A stretch of DNA of 64,000 nucleotides from Methanobrevibacter sp. (GTDB taxonomy: Archaea; Methanobacteriota; Methanobacteria; Methanobacteriales; Methanobacteriaceae), in the NCBI RefSeq assembly GCF_017406825.1, contig NZ_JAFQXT010000043.1, positions 12,662 through 76,661 of the forward strand. Reading direction: 5' to 3'. Positions within the stretch are counted from its first letter, which is position 1. Each line of letters starts with the position of its first letter. The position numbers and the translations under genes are program-made. Shown here piece by piece: positions 52,889 through 63,114 of the stretch. The notes below the pieces were generated by a model, which had not been told where the DNA came from, searched no databases, and saw only the letters and a program-made list of their open reading frames with translations.

Positions 52889-53521
52889 ATGGGAAGCAAA
52901 TGGCAAATGGAAAAGCATAATGACCCTTATTACAAAAGAGCTAAAAAAGAGGAATACCGCTCAAGAGCATCCTATAAATTAAAACAGCTCGATAAAAAAT
53001 ATAAACTCATAAAAGAAGGCGACACCGTTGTTGACCTTGGTGCCGCCCCGGGCGGATGGTCACAGGTCGCTCTGGAAAAGGTTGGAGAGGAAGGAATCGT
53101 CGTTGGCGTTGATTTGAACAGATTCAAAAAATTCCATGAAGAGAACTATTTTGGAATCAGGGGCGACTTTACAACCCCCGAAGTTCAGGAAAAAATTATG
53201 GAACTGATTGGCGGAAAGGCAAAGGTGATTATGTCCGATGCGTCCCCTTCCCTTTGCGGCATTAAAAACATTGACCAGCTTAGGTCAATTGATTTGGTGA
53301 ATGTGGTAATTGAAATAGCTGAAAATATCCTTGAAGAAAAAGGCAATCTTGTCATGAAAGTATTTCAAGGCCCTGAATATAAAAACATGCTGGACTCTCT
53401 TAAAAACAAATTCAGACATGTGCGAACTACCAAACCTCCATCATCACGTAAAAAAAGCTCTGAAATGTATGTTGTGGGCTTAGAATATATGCCTTATAAA
53501 AAAAATAGAAAAAGAAAATGA
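52889..53521 (+). CDS. rlmE: 23S rRNA 2'-O-ribose methyltransferase (RlmE/FtsJ)
   Basis: [12 protein letters not shown] and [17 protein letters not shown] motif, plus DASP and the K-D-K-E context. The start is set 1 nt after the upstream stop. Confidence 0.85.
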   Translation: MGSKWQMEKHNDPYYKRAKKEEYRSRASYKLKQLDKKYKLIKEGDTVVDLGAAPGGWSQVALEKVGEEGIVVGVDLNRFKKFHEENYFGIRGDFTTPEVQEKIMELIGGKAKVIMSDASPSLCGIKNIDQLRSIDLVNVVIEIAENILEEKGNLVMKVFQGPEYKNMLDSLKNKFRHVRTTKPPSSRKKSSEMYVVGLEYMPYKKNRKRK

Positions 53522-53941
53522 TTAAAGATTATTGTATGCCTGATTAGCGATATCAAGCTTTTCTTTAGCATAACTGATTCTACTATCCACTTCATTGGAT
53601 GGCTTATTTGCATCAAGAGCACTTTGAACATTTTCAATGGCCGAATTTGCCCTTGTCAGCTCCAATTTAGCATCATTGTAAACTTTAATATCATCAGCAT
53701 CACCCGCATAATATGAAGGTTTTATGCCGTCGAACTTGACAGACAAATTATTATATTCCGCTTTCAGCTCTGCAAGCTCATCATATTGTGTGCCTGAAGA
53801 TATTTCATTAGTAATTCCTGTAGAAACAATGCTGTATCCTACATAAGCTACTACAATAATTGTGGATATTATCATGATAATTCCAAGAACGGAAATTAAC
53901 ATAGAAGTAGATTTGAATAAACGTAATCTGGATTTTCTCAT
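53522..53941 (-). CDS. N-terminally membrane-anchored hypothetical protein
   Basis: MRKSRLRLFK followed by one TM helix and a helical ectodomain. ATG 53941 is preceded by GAGGGT. Confidence 0.5.
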   Translation of the reverse strand: MRKSRLRLFKSTSMLISVLGIIMIISTIIVVAYVGYSIVSTGITNEISSGTQYDELAELKAEYNNLSVKFDGIKPSYYAGDADDIKVYNDAKLELTRANSAIENVQSALDANKPSNEVDSRISYAKEKLDIANQAYNNL

Positions 53942-54053
53942 ATTACCCTCAATCAATTAAATTTATTAGTTATTAATTTATGGATATTACTATATTAATG
54001 TTACTTTTTGACACACATATGCAAGATTTTTTAAAGTATGAAAATATAATATT

Positions 54054-56060
54054 ATGATAATGAACTCTACTAATAAAACACAAACATCAACCGCAAAATT
54101 TGAAGAATTTTTTGCAACATCATATAAGGACGATGTATTCAAAATACTTGAAAGATATCCTGATGAGCGATCACTTACTGTAAATTACCAATCATTAGAG
54201 ATGTTTGATCCGGATTTGGCAGATTTATTAATCGAAAAGCCTGAAGAGGTTATTGGAGCTGCCCAAATCGCAATAAAAAACATTGACCCCCTAGTGAAAG
54301 ATGCTGACATCAATATCCGTTTTGAAAACTTGACTAACTTAGTGCCTCTCAAAGAGCTTTTAAGTAAGTATATAGGAACATTCGTTTCTGCAGACGGAAT
54401 TGTAAGGAAAACAGATGAAATTAGGCCTCGTATTGAAACTGGTGTTTTTGAATGTAGAGGATGCATGAGATTGCATGAGGTCGAACAGACATCTGGAAAT
54501 AACATAATCGAACCTTCTTTATGTAGCGAATGTGGCGGAAGATCTTTTAGGCTGCTTCAGGAAGAATCAAAATACATTGACACCCAGACCGCAAGAATGC
54601 AGGAACCTTTAGAGAATTTGTCCGGAGGAAGTGAACCTAAACAGATGCTGATGATTCTTGAAGACGATCTGGTTGATAAACTGAATCCCGGAGACAAGGT
54701 AAGAATCACCGGCACTTTAAGAACATTCAGGGAAGAAAGAAGCGGCAAATTCAAAAACTACATATATGTCAATCACATTGAACCTTTGGAACAGGAATTT
54801 GAAGAGTTGCATCTTTCCGAGGAAGATGAAGAAAAGATTATTGAATTGTCACAGGACCCTCATATTTACGAAAAAATTATTAAATCAACTGCTCCATCAA
54901 TTAAAGGATACAGAGAAGTTAAGGAAGCGATTGCACTCCAGCTATTTGGAGGTGCCGCCAAACAACTCGAAGATGAAACCAAATTGAGAGGAGACATTCA
55001 CATTCTGATTGTCGGAGACCCTGGTATCGGTAAATCCCAGATATTGAAATACGTTTCAAGACTGGCTCCAAGAAGTATCTATACAAGTGGTAAAGGTACA
55101 AGTGGTGCCGGTTTGACTGCCGCAGCGGTCAGGGATGAGCTTGGCGGATGGTCTCTTGAGGCAGGTGCTTTAGTTCTTGGGGATCAGGGAAACGTGTGTG
55201 TTGACGAACTTGACAAGATGAGGTCTGAAGACCGTTCGGCACTTCACGAGGCATTAGAACAACAGACCGTAAGTATCGCAAAAGCAGGAATTATGGCAAC
55301 ATTGAACTCAAGATGTTCTGTTCTTGCAGCTGCAAACCCTAAATTTGGAAGATTTGACAGGTTCAAAGTACTTGCAGAACAAATTGATTTGCCTGCTCCG
55401 ATTATTTCACGTTTTGATTTGATTTTCGTTATTGAAGACAAACCAAGCAGGGAAAAGGATTCGGAATTGGCAGACCACATTTTAAAAATGCATAAAGAGA
55501 ATGCCGTTGACTATGAAATTGAACCTGAATTACTTAGAAAATACATCGCTTATGCGCGTAAAAATGTCAACCCTCATCTGACAGATGAAGCCAATCAGGT
55601 CTTAAAAGAGTTTTATGTCAGCACAAGGAACAGCAATCCTGAAGAGCAAGGCCCTGTTACCATTACTGCAAGGCAATTAGAAGCTATCATTCGTTTGGCA
55701 GAAGCCAGCGCAAAAATCAAACTTAAGGATAAAGTTGAAAAAGAAGACGCTGAAAAAGCGGTTAAATTAACAATGTTCTGTCTTAAGGATGTGGGTGTTG
55801 ACCCTGAAACCGGTCAGATTGATGCGGATATTGTGAGCGGAGGAACTCCAAAATCCGACAGAGACAAAATCCAAAGAGTGACTGAAGAGATAAAACTTCT
55901 CCAAGAAGAATTTGCAGGCGATGCTCCGTTAAATGTATTGATTTCAAATATGAGTGAAAAGTACGGTGTAAGTGAAGACAAAACTGAACAAATTGTAAGA
56001 AATCTTGTTCAAAAAGGAGTTATTTATCAACCAACTACCGGCTACTTCAGAATAGCTTAA
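54054..56060 (+). CDS. mcm: Replicative MCM helicase
   Basis: Zn motif CRGC...CSECGG, Walker [16 protein letters not shown], Walker [10 protein letters not shown], arginine finger SRFDL, and a C-terminal winged helix. Confidence 0.95.
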   Translation: MIMNSTNKTQTSTAKFEEFFATSYKDDVFKILERYPDERSLTVNYQSLEMFDPDLADLLIEKPEEVIGAAQIAIKNIDPLVKDADINIRFENLTNLVPLKELLSKYIGTFVSADGIVRKTDEIRPRIETGVFECRGCMRLHEVEQTSGNNIIEPSLCSECGGRSFRLLQEESKYIDTQTARMQEPLENLSGGSEPKQMLMILEDDLVDKLNPGDKVRITGTLRTFREERSGKFKNYIYVNHIEPLEQEFEELHLSEEDEEKIIELSQDPHIYEKIIKSTAPSIKGYREVKEAIALQLFGGAAKQLEDETKLRGDIHILIVGDPGIGKSQILKYVSRLAPRSIYTSGKGTSGAGLTAAAVRDELGGWSLEAGALVLGDQGNVCVDELDKMRSEDRSALHEALEQQTVSIAKAGIMATLNSRCSVLAAANPKFGRFDRFKVLAEQIDLPAPIISRFDLIFVIEDKPSREKDSELADHILKMHKENAVDYEIEPELLRKYIAYARKNVNPHLTDEANQVLKEFYVSTRNSNPEEQGPVTITARQLEAIIRLAEASAKIKLKDKVEKEDAEKAVKLTMFCLKDVGVDPETGQIDADIVSGGTPKSDRDKIQRVTEEIKLLQEEFAGDAPLNVLISNMSEKYGVSEDKTEQIVRNLVQKGVIYQPTTGYFRIA

Positions 56061-56185
56061 TTTTCACTTTTAATTTTAATCATTGGAAATTATCTAAATG
56101 CCCCTAATTAACAATACATTAATAAATGATTAAAATCATATTTAATTTATTATACTTATACTAGTTTTAATAAGGAGAGATAATT

Positions 56186-56593
56186 ATGGATAAATACGAA
56201 GATTTATTAGAAAGAGCAATAGACCAATTACCTCCTGAAGTATTTGAACACAAAAGATTCAAAATTCCTAAAGCTTATTCAGATATCCAAGGTAATAGAA
56301 CATTTATTAAAAATTTTAAAGACGTTGCAGAAGGTTTGAACAGAGACCCTCAACATTTATTAAAATTCTTAATGAGAGAGTTAGGTACTGCAGGAAATAT
56401 AGAAGGTCAAAGAGCAATTCTACAAGGTAAATTCACACATTACCTGATTAATGAAAGAATTGAAGATTATGTGGACAAATACGTTATTTGTCACGAATGT
56501 AACAGACCGGATACAAGAATTATCAGAGAAGGTAGAATATTCTTGCTTAAATGTGCTGCATGCGGTGCAACAGCACCTTTAAAATCATTATAA
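56186..56593 (+). CDS. eif2b: Translation initiation factor 2 subunit beta (aIF2-beta)
   Basis: 135 aa with a C-terminal Zn ribbon (CHECNRPDT...CAACG). The conserved core is GNRT.I.NF. Confidence 0.9.
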   Translation: MDKYEDLLERAIDQLPPEVFEHKRFKIPKAYSDIQGNRTFIKNFKDVAEGLNRDPQHLLKFLMRELGTAGNIEGQRAILQGKFTHYLINERIEDYVDKYVICHECNRPDTRIIREGRIFLLKCAACGATAPLKSL

Positions 56594-56625
56594 TTCTACT
56601 TTTTTACTTATTTTTTACCGATACA

Positions 56626-57669
56626 ATGTTTTGTCCAGAGTGCGGAAGTACAGATAAAAAAATGGTTGGCGACATATGCATAGACTGTTTTTTAAAAGAA
56701 TTTCAACTTATAACATTGCCAGAACGTATTGAAATTCAAATCTGCAGCCACTGCAATAGCAAGCTTGAAGAAGGGAAATGGAGTGAAGAGAATATTCCTG
56801 AAGAAGAAATCATCTACAGAGCACTCGAAAGAAACATTGAAATAGCTGACGAAGTTGAAAATGAGATTATCAACCTTGAAATTGAACAGATTAAAGGCAC
56901 AATAGCTGACTGTTATGTTGAGGCAACAGGGGAAGTTCGCGGAACCAGAATCGAGGAGACACATGACTGTGAAGTGAAAATCCTAAAAACCGTTTGTCCG
57001 ACATGCAGCAAAATACAATCAGGTTATTATGAAACCGTGATTCAGTTTAGAGCAGATTCAAGGGAAATAAAAAATGAAGAATATGCTAAAGCCGACGAGA
57101 TTGTTGAAAGAACCTTGATAAAGCAATCAAGCAATGATAAATTAGCATATTGCCCTCAAATTGCCAAACTAAAAGAGGGATATGACTATTACATCGGCTC
57201 CTTTAAAACTGGAAAGAAAGTTGCTGAAAACTTAAAGGAAGAGTTCGGAGGAATTATAAAGGAATCCCCAAGACTTATCAGCGAAGACAAATCTACAGGA
57301 AAGGGATTGTACAGAATTTGGATTTCACTCAGAATTCCCGAATTTGAAATTGACGATTTTATAAGATATGAAGGCAAAATAATAAAAGTAACAAGCATAG
57401 GAAAAAATAGCGTTGTGGGAGTGGAGATTTCTGCAGATAAAAAGCATAACATTCCTATGAAGAACATGGAGAACATTGAACTTGTTAAAAAGTCCTCCGA
57501 AATAGAAACCACAACAATCATTTCAAAATCTCCGCAGTTTTTACAGATTTTAGACCCGATTGACTATTCGGCCGTGGATTTAGATATGGACGAAAGATAC
57601 GAAGATCTAAATGTTGGGGATGAAATAAAACTTATCAGAATTGAAAATAACATTTATTTATTGATTTAA
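56626..57669 (+). CDS. NMD3-family (60S export adaptor homolog) protein
   Basis: MFCPECG...CIDCF...CSHC N-terminal Cys clusters are typical of NMD3. The track ORF extension into eif2b was rejected. Confidence 0.8.
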   Translation: MFCPECGSTDKKMVGDICIDCFLKEFQLITLPERIEIQICSHCNSKLEEGKWSEENIPEEEIIYRALERNIEIADEVENEIINLEIEQIKGTIADCYVEATGEVRGTRIEETHDCEVKILKTVCPTCSKIQSGYYETVIQFRADSREIKNEEYAKADEIVERTLIKQSSNDKLAYCPQIAKLKEGYDYYIGSFKTGKKVAENLKEEFGGIIKESPRLISEDKSTGKGLYRIWISLRIPEFEIDDFIRYEGKIIKVTSIGKNSVVGVEISADKKHNIPMKNMENIELVKKSSEIETTTIISKSPQFLQILDPIDYSAVDLDMDERYEDLNVGDEIKLIRIENNIYLLI

Positions 57670-57677
57670 GTGATAAA

Positions 57678-58640
57678 ATGAATATTGAAGAAAAAATTCA
57701 ATTAATTGAAGAAGGAACCTTGGAAGTTATAGATACTGAAGAATTAAAAGAAGTGCTCGAAAAAGAGCAACCTATAGCTTATACCGGTTATGAACCTTCT
57801 GGTAAAATCCATTTGGGTCATGCTGTAACCGTACAGAAATTAAAACAATTACAGAAGTTAGGTTTTAAAATTAAAATCCTTTTAGCAGATTATCATGCAT
57901 TTTTAAATGGTAAAGGAACTATTGAAGAAATTTCCGAAACTGCAGAGTATAACAAGAAATGTTTCGAGGCTCTGGGTCTTGATGAAACAACAGAATACAT
58001 TCTCGGCTCATCATTCCAATTAGACCCTGATTATACCAATAAAGTTTATCAGTTAGCTACAATGACAACTCTAAAAAGGGCAAGAAGAAGTATGGATCAG
58101 GTAAGCCGTGCAGATGACAATCCGAAAGTGGCCAGCGTAATATATCCTATCATGCAGACCGTTGACATGGCTGCTCTTGAAGTTGATGTGGCTCTTGGAG
58201 GAATGGAACAAAGGAAAATCCAAATGTTGGCACGTGAAAACTTGGAAAAAATTGGAGAAAATGTACCTGTCTGTATTCACACCCCATTACTGCATGGTCT
58301 TGACGGTGATGCTAAAATGAGTTCCAGTAAAGGAAACTACATTGCAGTGGATGACAGCGTTGAGGAAATCACCAAAAAAATCAAGAAAAGTTTCTGCCCT
58401 CAAGGGGAAATTGACGGAAATCCTATGATTGAAATAGCTGAAACATTTGTTTTCCCAAATCAAGATACTTTACTTATCAAAAGGCCTGAAAAGTTCGGTG
58501 GAGACATTGAACTTACTCATGATGAGTTAATCAAAGACTTTAGTGATGGAGAATTACATCCAATGGATTTGAAAAATGGAATCAAGGATTTCTTAATTGA
58601 ATTCTTTGCGCCAGTAAGAGAATATATGGAGGAGGATTAA
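57678..58640 (+). CDS. tyrS: Tyrosine--tRNA ligase (archaeal type)
   Basis: [14 protein letters not shown] (HIGH-type motif) and KMSSSKGN (KMSKS). Confidence 0.9.
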   Translation: MNIEEKIQLIEEGTLEVIDTEELKEVLEKEQPIAYTGYEPSGKIHLGHAVTVQKLKQLQKLGFKIKILLADYHAFLNGKGTIEEISETAEYNKKCFEALGLDETTEYILGSSFQLDPDYTNKVYQLATMTTLKRARRSMDQVSRADDNPKVASVIYPIMQTVDMAALEVDVALGGMEQRKIQMLARENLEKIGENVPVCIHTPLLHGLDGDAKMSSSKGNYIAVDDSVEEITKKIKKSFCPQGEIDGNPMIEIAETFVFPNQDTLLIKRPEKFGGDIELTHDELIKDFSDGELHPMDLKNGIKDFLIEFFAPVREYMEED

Positions 58641-58847
58641 ATGGCTGAAGAAAAAGAAGAATATGAAATGGGCATACCAAATGGTGTTGGAGAACAAATG
58701 CTTGCACATGCTTTCGAAAAATTCGACATCAAATTGGAACAAACTGAATTCGGCCCTAAAATTATTGGAGAATATGAGGAACTTGTTAAAACAAGAGAAT
58801 TCCTTGAAAATGCCATTCGTGAAAGATTAGAAGAATTAAAAAAATAA
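58641..58847 (+). CDS. Small acidic hypothetical protein
   Basis: 68-aa ORF whose ATG follows the tyrS TAA with no spacer. Confidence 0.5.
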   Translation: MAEEKEEYEMGIPNGVGEQMLAHAFEKFDIKLEQTEFGPKIIGEYEELVKTREFLENAIRERLEELKK

Positions 58848-58944
58848 TCTAATCTCATTTATCTTTTTTTAAATTTATCATAATATTCCATTTTTTAGAA
58901 TAAACCTTTTTAAATGAGTATTTTGATAAATACTCTACATTAAG

Positions 58945-59923
58945 GTGATATTTATTTTAGGAATTTCAATTTTATTATTTTTACAATTTTTACGTGAAGC
59001 TACTGGAGGTATTTTCGATACCTTTTTCTTAACGTGCGCGTACTTAACGGATTTGAGAAATGTATTATTTCTATTTGCAATTGTCTATTGGTGCATAGAC
59101 AAAAAATTAGGTGAATTCTTATTGGTTTCATTTAATTTCAGTCGTTTATTCAATGGATTTTTGAAAATTGGAGTATGTCAGTATCGTCCATGGATACTCA
59201 ATTCACAGGTGCATCCGGTAGACGAGGCTATGGATGATTTAGGCTATTCCTTCACGTGGCCATTCAACAGCAGCAACCACATTATTTGGAGGCGGCGCAT
59301 TATATGGAAACATTCGTAAAGGGTTGAAAATACTTTTAATCATTTGTTTTCTGCTTGTTTGTTTCAGCCGTTGCTATTTAGGAGTGCATACTCCTGCTGA
59401 TGTAATCTGCGCAATAATATCTTCTTTAATTATATTGATTATCATCAGAAAGGTATTCGACAAATATGGGGATAATCCGAATATGGATTTGATCATAGCT
59501 GGTGCAGGGATTCTTATTTCAATTTTGCTTATGGTTTATGCAGTGACAAAATCTTATCCTATGGATTATGATGCTGCAGGAAAATTAATTGTCGACCCCG
59601 CTGAAATGATGCTTGATGCATTCAAGGATGCAGGTTTGGGAATAGGAATATCTCTTTCATGGATTATAGAACGCAGATTTATAAAATTCACAAGTGACGG
59701 AAATTTGGAATCCAAAATTATGAGATTCATCGCAGGATTTATCGGTTATGAAATTATTTTAACTGTTATCTATCCCATCCTTAAAAATTGCTGCATACCT
59801 GAAGTCGGCAAATTTCTGGGTTATATGATATTCCCTATTTATATCATGATAATCGTTCCTATCATAATCAAATTTTTCCAAAATAGAAGCAAAAAGAAAT
59901 TGGATTATGAAACTAACCCATAA
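58945..59923 (+). pseudogene. PAP2-family membrane phosphatase with a frameshift inside the PSGH motif region
   Basis: Frame 1 carries KIGVCQYRPW (KxxxxxxRP). Frame 2 opens at 59243 and carries (P)S-R-GHSTAATT and SRCYLGVHTPADV (SRxxxxxHxxxD). The two ORFs 58945-59319 and 59324-59923 together make one PAP2 protein. Confidence 0.65.
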
Positions 59924-59949
59924 TCCCTATGTGAATCATGTTTCGTGAT

Positions 59950-60528
59950 TCACATTATGCAATCAGGACAAATTCCAAGGTATGGAGCTACAGCTTTCTT
60001 GATATCTGATGAGACTTTATTTACTCCATTATTTGCATCAATGATTTGATGTTCATAATTCTTAACTATTTTTAGGTAATTCTCCTTAACGCCAGTTAAG
60101 AATTGCTCATTTTCAAAGGTGTCCTTTCCGGAAGTCCTTGAAACGGACTTTTTAACATCCAAATCAAGCAGAATCAATAAATCCGGTTTTTTGGCATACC
60201 TATTTAAAACCTCAATCCATTCTGCAGGTTCCTGGTAAGCCATTGAAGAAATAAATGACCTGTCTGAAATTATGATTTTGGATTCATCATCCAGTTTATC
60301 CATAATCAGCATTCTGTCTGCCGCAAAAAGAAGACCCAAAGTCCTTTGGACATTATCTGATTGGGCATCAGGCCTTTGCAGAATCTTGCGAATGAGTTTG
60401 CCGACTTCAGAATCTGTTGGCTCTACCAATGTTTCAACCCTGAACCCATTGGCCTCCAGCCATTCCTTCAACATTCTGATTTGGGTGGATTTTCCAGCAC
60501 CATCAATTCCTTCAAATACTATGTACAT
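59950..60528 (-). CDS. tmk: Thymidylate kinase
   Basis: MYIVFEGIDGAGKSTQ P-loop and a DR(S)F.SS.AYQ motif. Confidence 0.85.
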   Translation of the reverse strand: MYIVFEGIDGAGKSTQIRMLKEWLEANGFRVETLVEPTDSEVGKLIRKILQRPDAQSDNVQRTLGLLFAADRMLIMDKLDDESKIIISDRSFISSMAYQEPAEWIEVLNRYAKKPDLLILLDLDVKKSVSRTSGKDTFENEQFLTGVKENYLKIVKNYEHQIIDANNGVNKVSSDIKKAVAPYLGICPDCIM

Positions 60529-60609
60529 AACATAGAATATGTTTTAATTTAATATATAATTAATTACAAAAAGTAGAATGTATAAATCAAATAAAGGTGT
60601 AATTAGAAA

Positions 60610-63114
60610 ATGGTTTTAGAAGAGTTACTAGCACCGGCAGGCTCACCTGAAGTGTTGACAATTGCAGTTAATGCAGGTGCCAATGCCGTTTACATTGCAG
60701 GACACAAATATGGTGCAAGAGCATATGCAAAAAACTTCAGCTTCGAGGAGATTGAAAAAGCTGTGAACTACGCTCATCTGAACGGCGCCAAAATCCATGT
60801 GACCGTCAATACATTGGTTAACAATTTTGAGATTGTTGATGTCCTGAATTACTTATTCAAATTATACCAGATTGGAGTGGATGCTGTTATCGTGCAGGAT
60901 TTTGGTCTAATCTGGCTTTTAAAGACATTCATTCCTGATTTGGAGGTTCATGCGTCAACCCAAATGGGTTTGAATAACTATTCCTCAATCAAATGGGCCG
61001 CCAAAAACAACATCAAAAGGGTTGTCCTTCCAAGGGAGGTCAGCATAGAACAGATTAAACAGACCACAGAACAGCTTGAAAAGGACAACATTGACATGGA
61101 CATTGAAGTATTCGGCCATGGAGCACTATGTTACTGTGTAAGCGGAAAATGTTACATGTCCTCATACAACAGCGGCAGGAGCGGCAACAGAGGAGCCTGC
61201 GCACAGCCCTGCAGACGGGAATACCGCTTGAAATACAGAGGATACAATATCGGAAACGGATATCTCCTATCAACACACGACCTTGCAACCTACAATAATC
61301 TGAAAGAGATTGGGGAAGCGGGAGTCAAATCATTGAAACTTGAAGGCAGAATGAAATCCGGCGATTACATCGGAACCATCGTAAACAGCTACAGAAACAT
61401 CATCGACGGGAAGCCAGTTGAGGACTATAAAAAAGACCTACACCTTGTTTTCAACAGACAGTTCACCAACGGATACATGATGGGGGACAAACCGGGAGAT
61501 GTCATGGGCAGAGGCCATTCCGGCCATGAAGGACTCTACATCGGAGACATCGTCAATATTGAAGACACCAATGTAACGATTGAGATTAAGAACAAGGAGA
61601 TTCCAGTCATTTTAGAACCGGGAGACGGAATCGCCTTTAAATACAACGGGAAAATCAAAGGAATATATCTGGAAAACATCATCAAGCAGGATGAAAACGA
61701 AATCATCATTGACACCACCCGTCTTGTCAAAGTCGGAACCGAAGTGTTTATCAGCTATTCAAAATCAACTCACGATTATCTGAAACAATTCGAAAAGGAG
61801 ACAATTAAAAGCAATGTGGGGATTAATCTGTCCCTTACCTGGGATGATAAGCTGAACCTGTTTACCAAAGTCGAATATCATTTGGATGGCGAACTGATCA
61901 ATTTCAGGCACAAGACATTGGATAAATTCGAAAAGGCCAAAAACAAGCCGGTGAGTGAAGAAGTCATTGAACAGCAATTGAAAAAGACAGGCGGCACACC
62001 GTTTTATATAGAGAATATCCGCTTTAACAACATGCCCCAAGACATTTTCATACCTATCGGTGAGATTAACCAAATCAGGCGTGAAATCCTAGACACGGCA
62101 ACCGATTTGCTGTTGAAACATTACACTCCTACCAAAAAATCCGTTAAAGCTGTCCGCAAGGATTTGACCAAGTTTTTCGAAGATTATGAAAAAAATCCCG
62201 GCAAAATCAAGAAGAAAACTCCTAAATTATCCATTTTCATTGATGACATAGCGCAAATCAAGGCCGCCTCAGGTTTTGATTTGAAACGAATCTATTTTGA
62301 CGGGAACTGCCATTACAACAATCCTGAAGATTACTTTGAAAACATTAAGGAAACTTTAAAGAAAGGCAGTCTGATGGCTGCACCTACAGAGTTCGTATGG
62401 GTATTGTCATCATTCATATCCGAAGAGGATGCCGTCAGATGCAACGAAATAGTTAAGGAACTGCAGGACGAAGGAATCATTATTTCCGTAATGGGAGATT
62501 ATCCTGCAATGAATGAGATATTTGACTGTTCAATACATGGAAATCATAACCTGAACGTGTGGAACAGTTTCTGTGTGCATAACTTGAATGCATCCGGATT
62601 CAAATCACTGATATTGTCCTCGGAGCTTTCTGGCGAAGAGATTAAAGAAGTGGTGAAAAGAAATCATGACCGAAACATTGACCTTGAAATGATTGTCAAT
62701 GGAAACCTGGAGGTTATTGTAAGCAAAGATGATTTCACCAATTTGAACGATGGAAAAGACTTCATCATCTCAAATGATGCTGATTATGCGACTTTAGAAG
62801 ATAAAAAAAGGAAAAAATTCAAATACAAAATATTTTTCGACTACAACAGGCAAAGCCACATCATAAACAAGGATTGTTTGTGTCTGATTGAAGAGATTAA
62901 TGAGATAAAGGAATTCGGCCTTGATTCACTGATTCTGGACTGCAGATACTCCAATGAGAAATACACTTCACAAATCTTATCAATTTATAATGAAAGTCTT
63001 AAAAACAAGGACCAAGAGGAATTGACCAAATACAAATACCAGATTATGGATTTCTCACAATCCTACATCAATAAAGGCAATTATATTGAGGGAAGGTTGC
63101 ATGAGAATTCCTGA
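60610..63114 (+). CDS. U32-family protein, long form (peptidase U32 / UbiU-TrhP-like Fe-S enzyme family)
   Basis: U32 signature EVFGHGALCYCVSGKCYMS followed by GNRGACAQPCR. 834 aa with a long C-terminal extension. Confidence 0.8.
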   Translation: MVLEELLAPAGSPEVLTIAVNAGANAVYIAGHKYGARAYAKNFSFEEIEKAVNYAHLNGAKIHVTVNTLVNNFEIVDVLNYLFKLYQIGVDAVIVQDFGLIWLLKTFIPDLEVHASTQMGLNNYSSIKWAAKNNIKRVVLPREVSIEQIKQTTEQLEKDNIDMDIEVFGHGALCYCVSGKCYMSSYNSGRSGNRGACAQPCRREYRLKYRGYNIGNGYLLSTHDLATYNNLKEIGEAGVKSLKLEGRMKSGDYIGTIVNSYRNIIDGKPVEDYKKDLHLVFNRQFTNGYMMGDKPGDVMGRGHSGHEGLYIGDIVNIEDTNVTIEIKNKEIPVILEPGDGIAFKYNGKIKGIYLENIIKQDENEIIIDTTRLVKVGTEVFISYSKSTHDYLKQFEKETIKSNVGINLSLTWDDKLNLFTKVEYHLDGELINFRHKTLDKFEKAKNKPVSEEVIEQQLKKTGGTPFYIENIRFNNMPQDIFIPIGEINQIRREILDTATDLLLKHYTPTKKSVKAVRKDLTKFFEDYEKNPGKIKKKTPKLSIFIDDIAQIKAASGFDLKRIYFDGNCHYNNPEDYFENIKETLKKGSLMAAPTEFVWVLSSFISEEDAVRCNEIVKELQDEGIIISVMGDYPAMNEIFDCSIHGNHNLNVWNSFCVHNLNASGFKSLILSSELSGEEIKEVVKRNHDRNIDLEMIVNGNLEVIVSKDDFTNLNDGKDFIISNDADYATLEDKKRKKFKYKIFFDYNRQSHIINKDCLCLIEEINEIKEFGLDSLILDCRYSNEKYTSQILSIYNESLKNKDQEELTKYKYQIMDFSQSYINKGNYIEGRLHENS

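Noticed and set aside
53957-56185. Replication origin next to mcm
   Set aside because: The spacers flanking mcm are short (about 100-125 bp). I could not see repeated ORB-like boxes, and archaeal origins normally neighbour orc1/cdc6, which is absent here.
56551-56625. 25-codon extension of the NMD3 ORF overlapping eif2b
   Set aside because: The conserved NMD3 N-terminus is MFCPECG at 56626. The extension is hydrophobic junk overlapping the eif2b 3' end.
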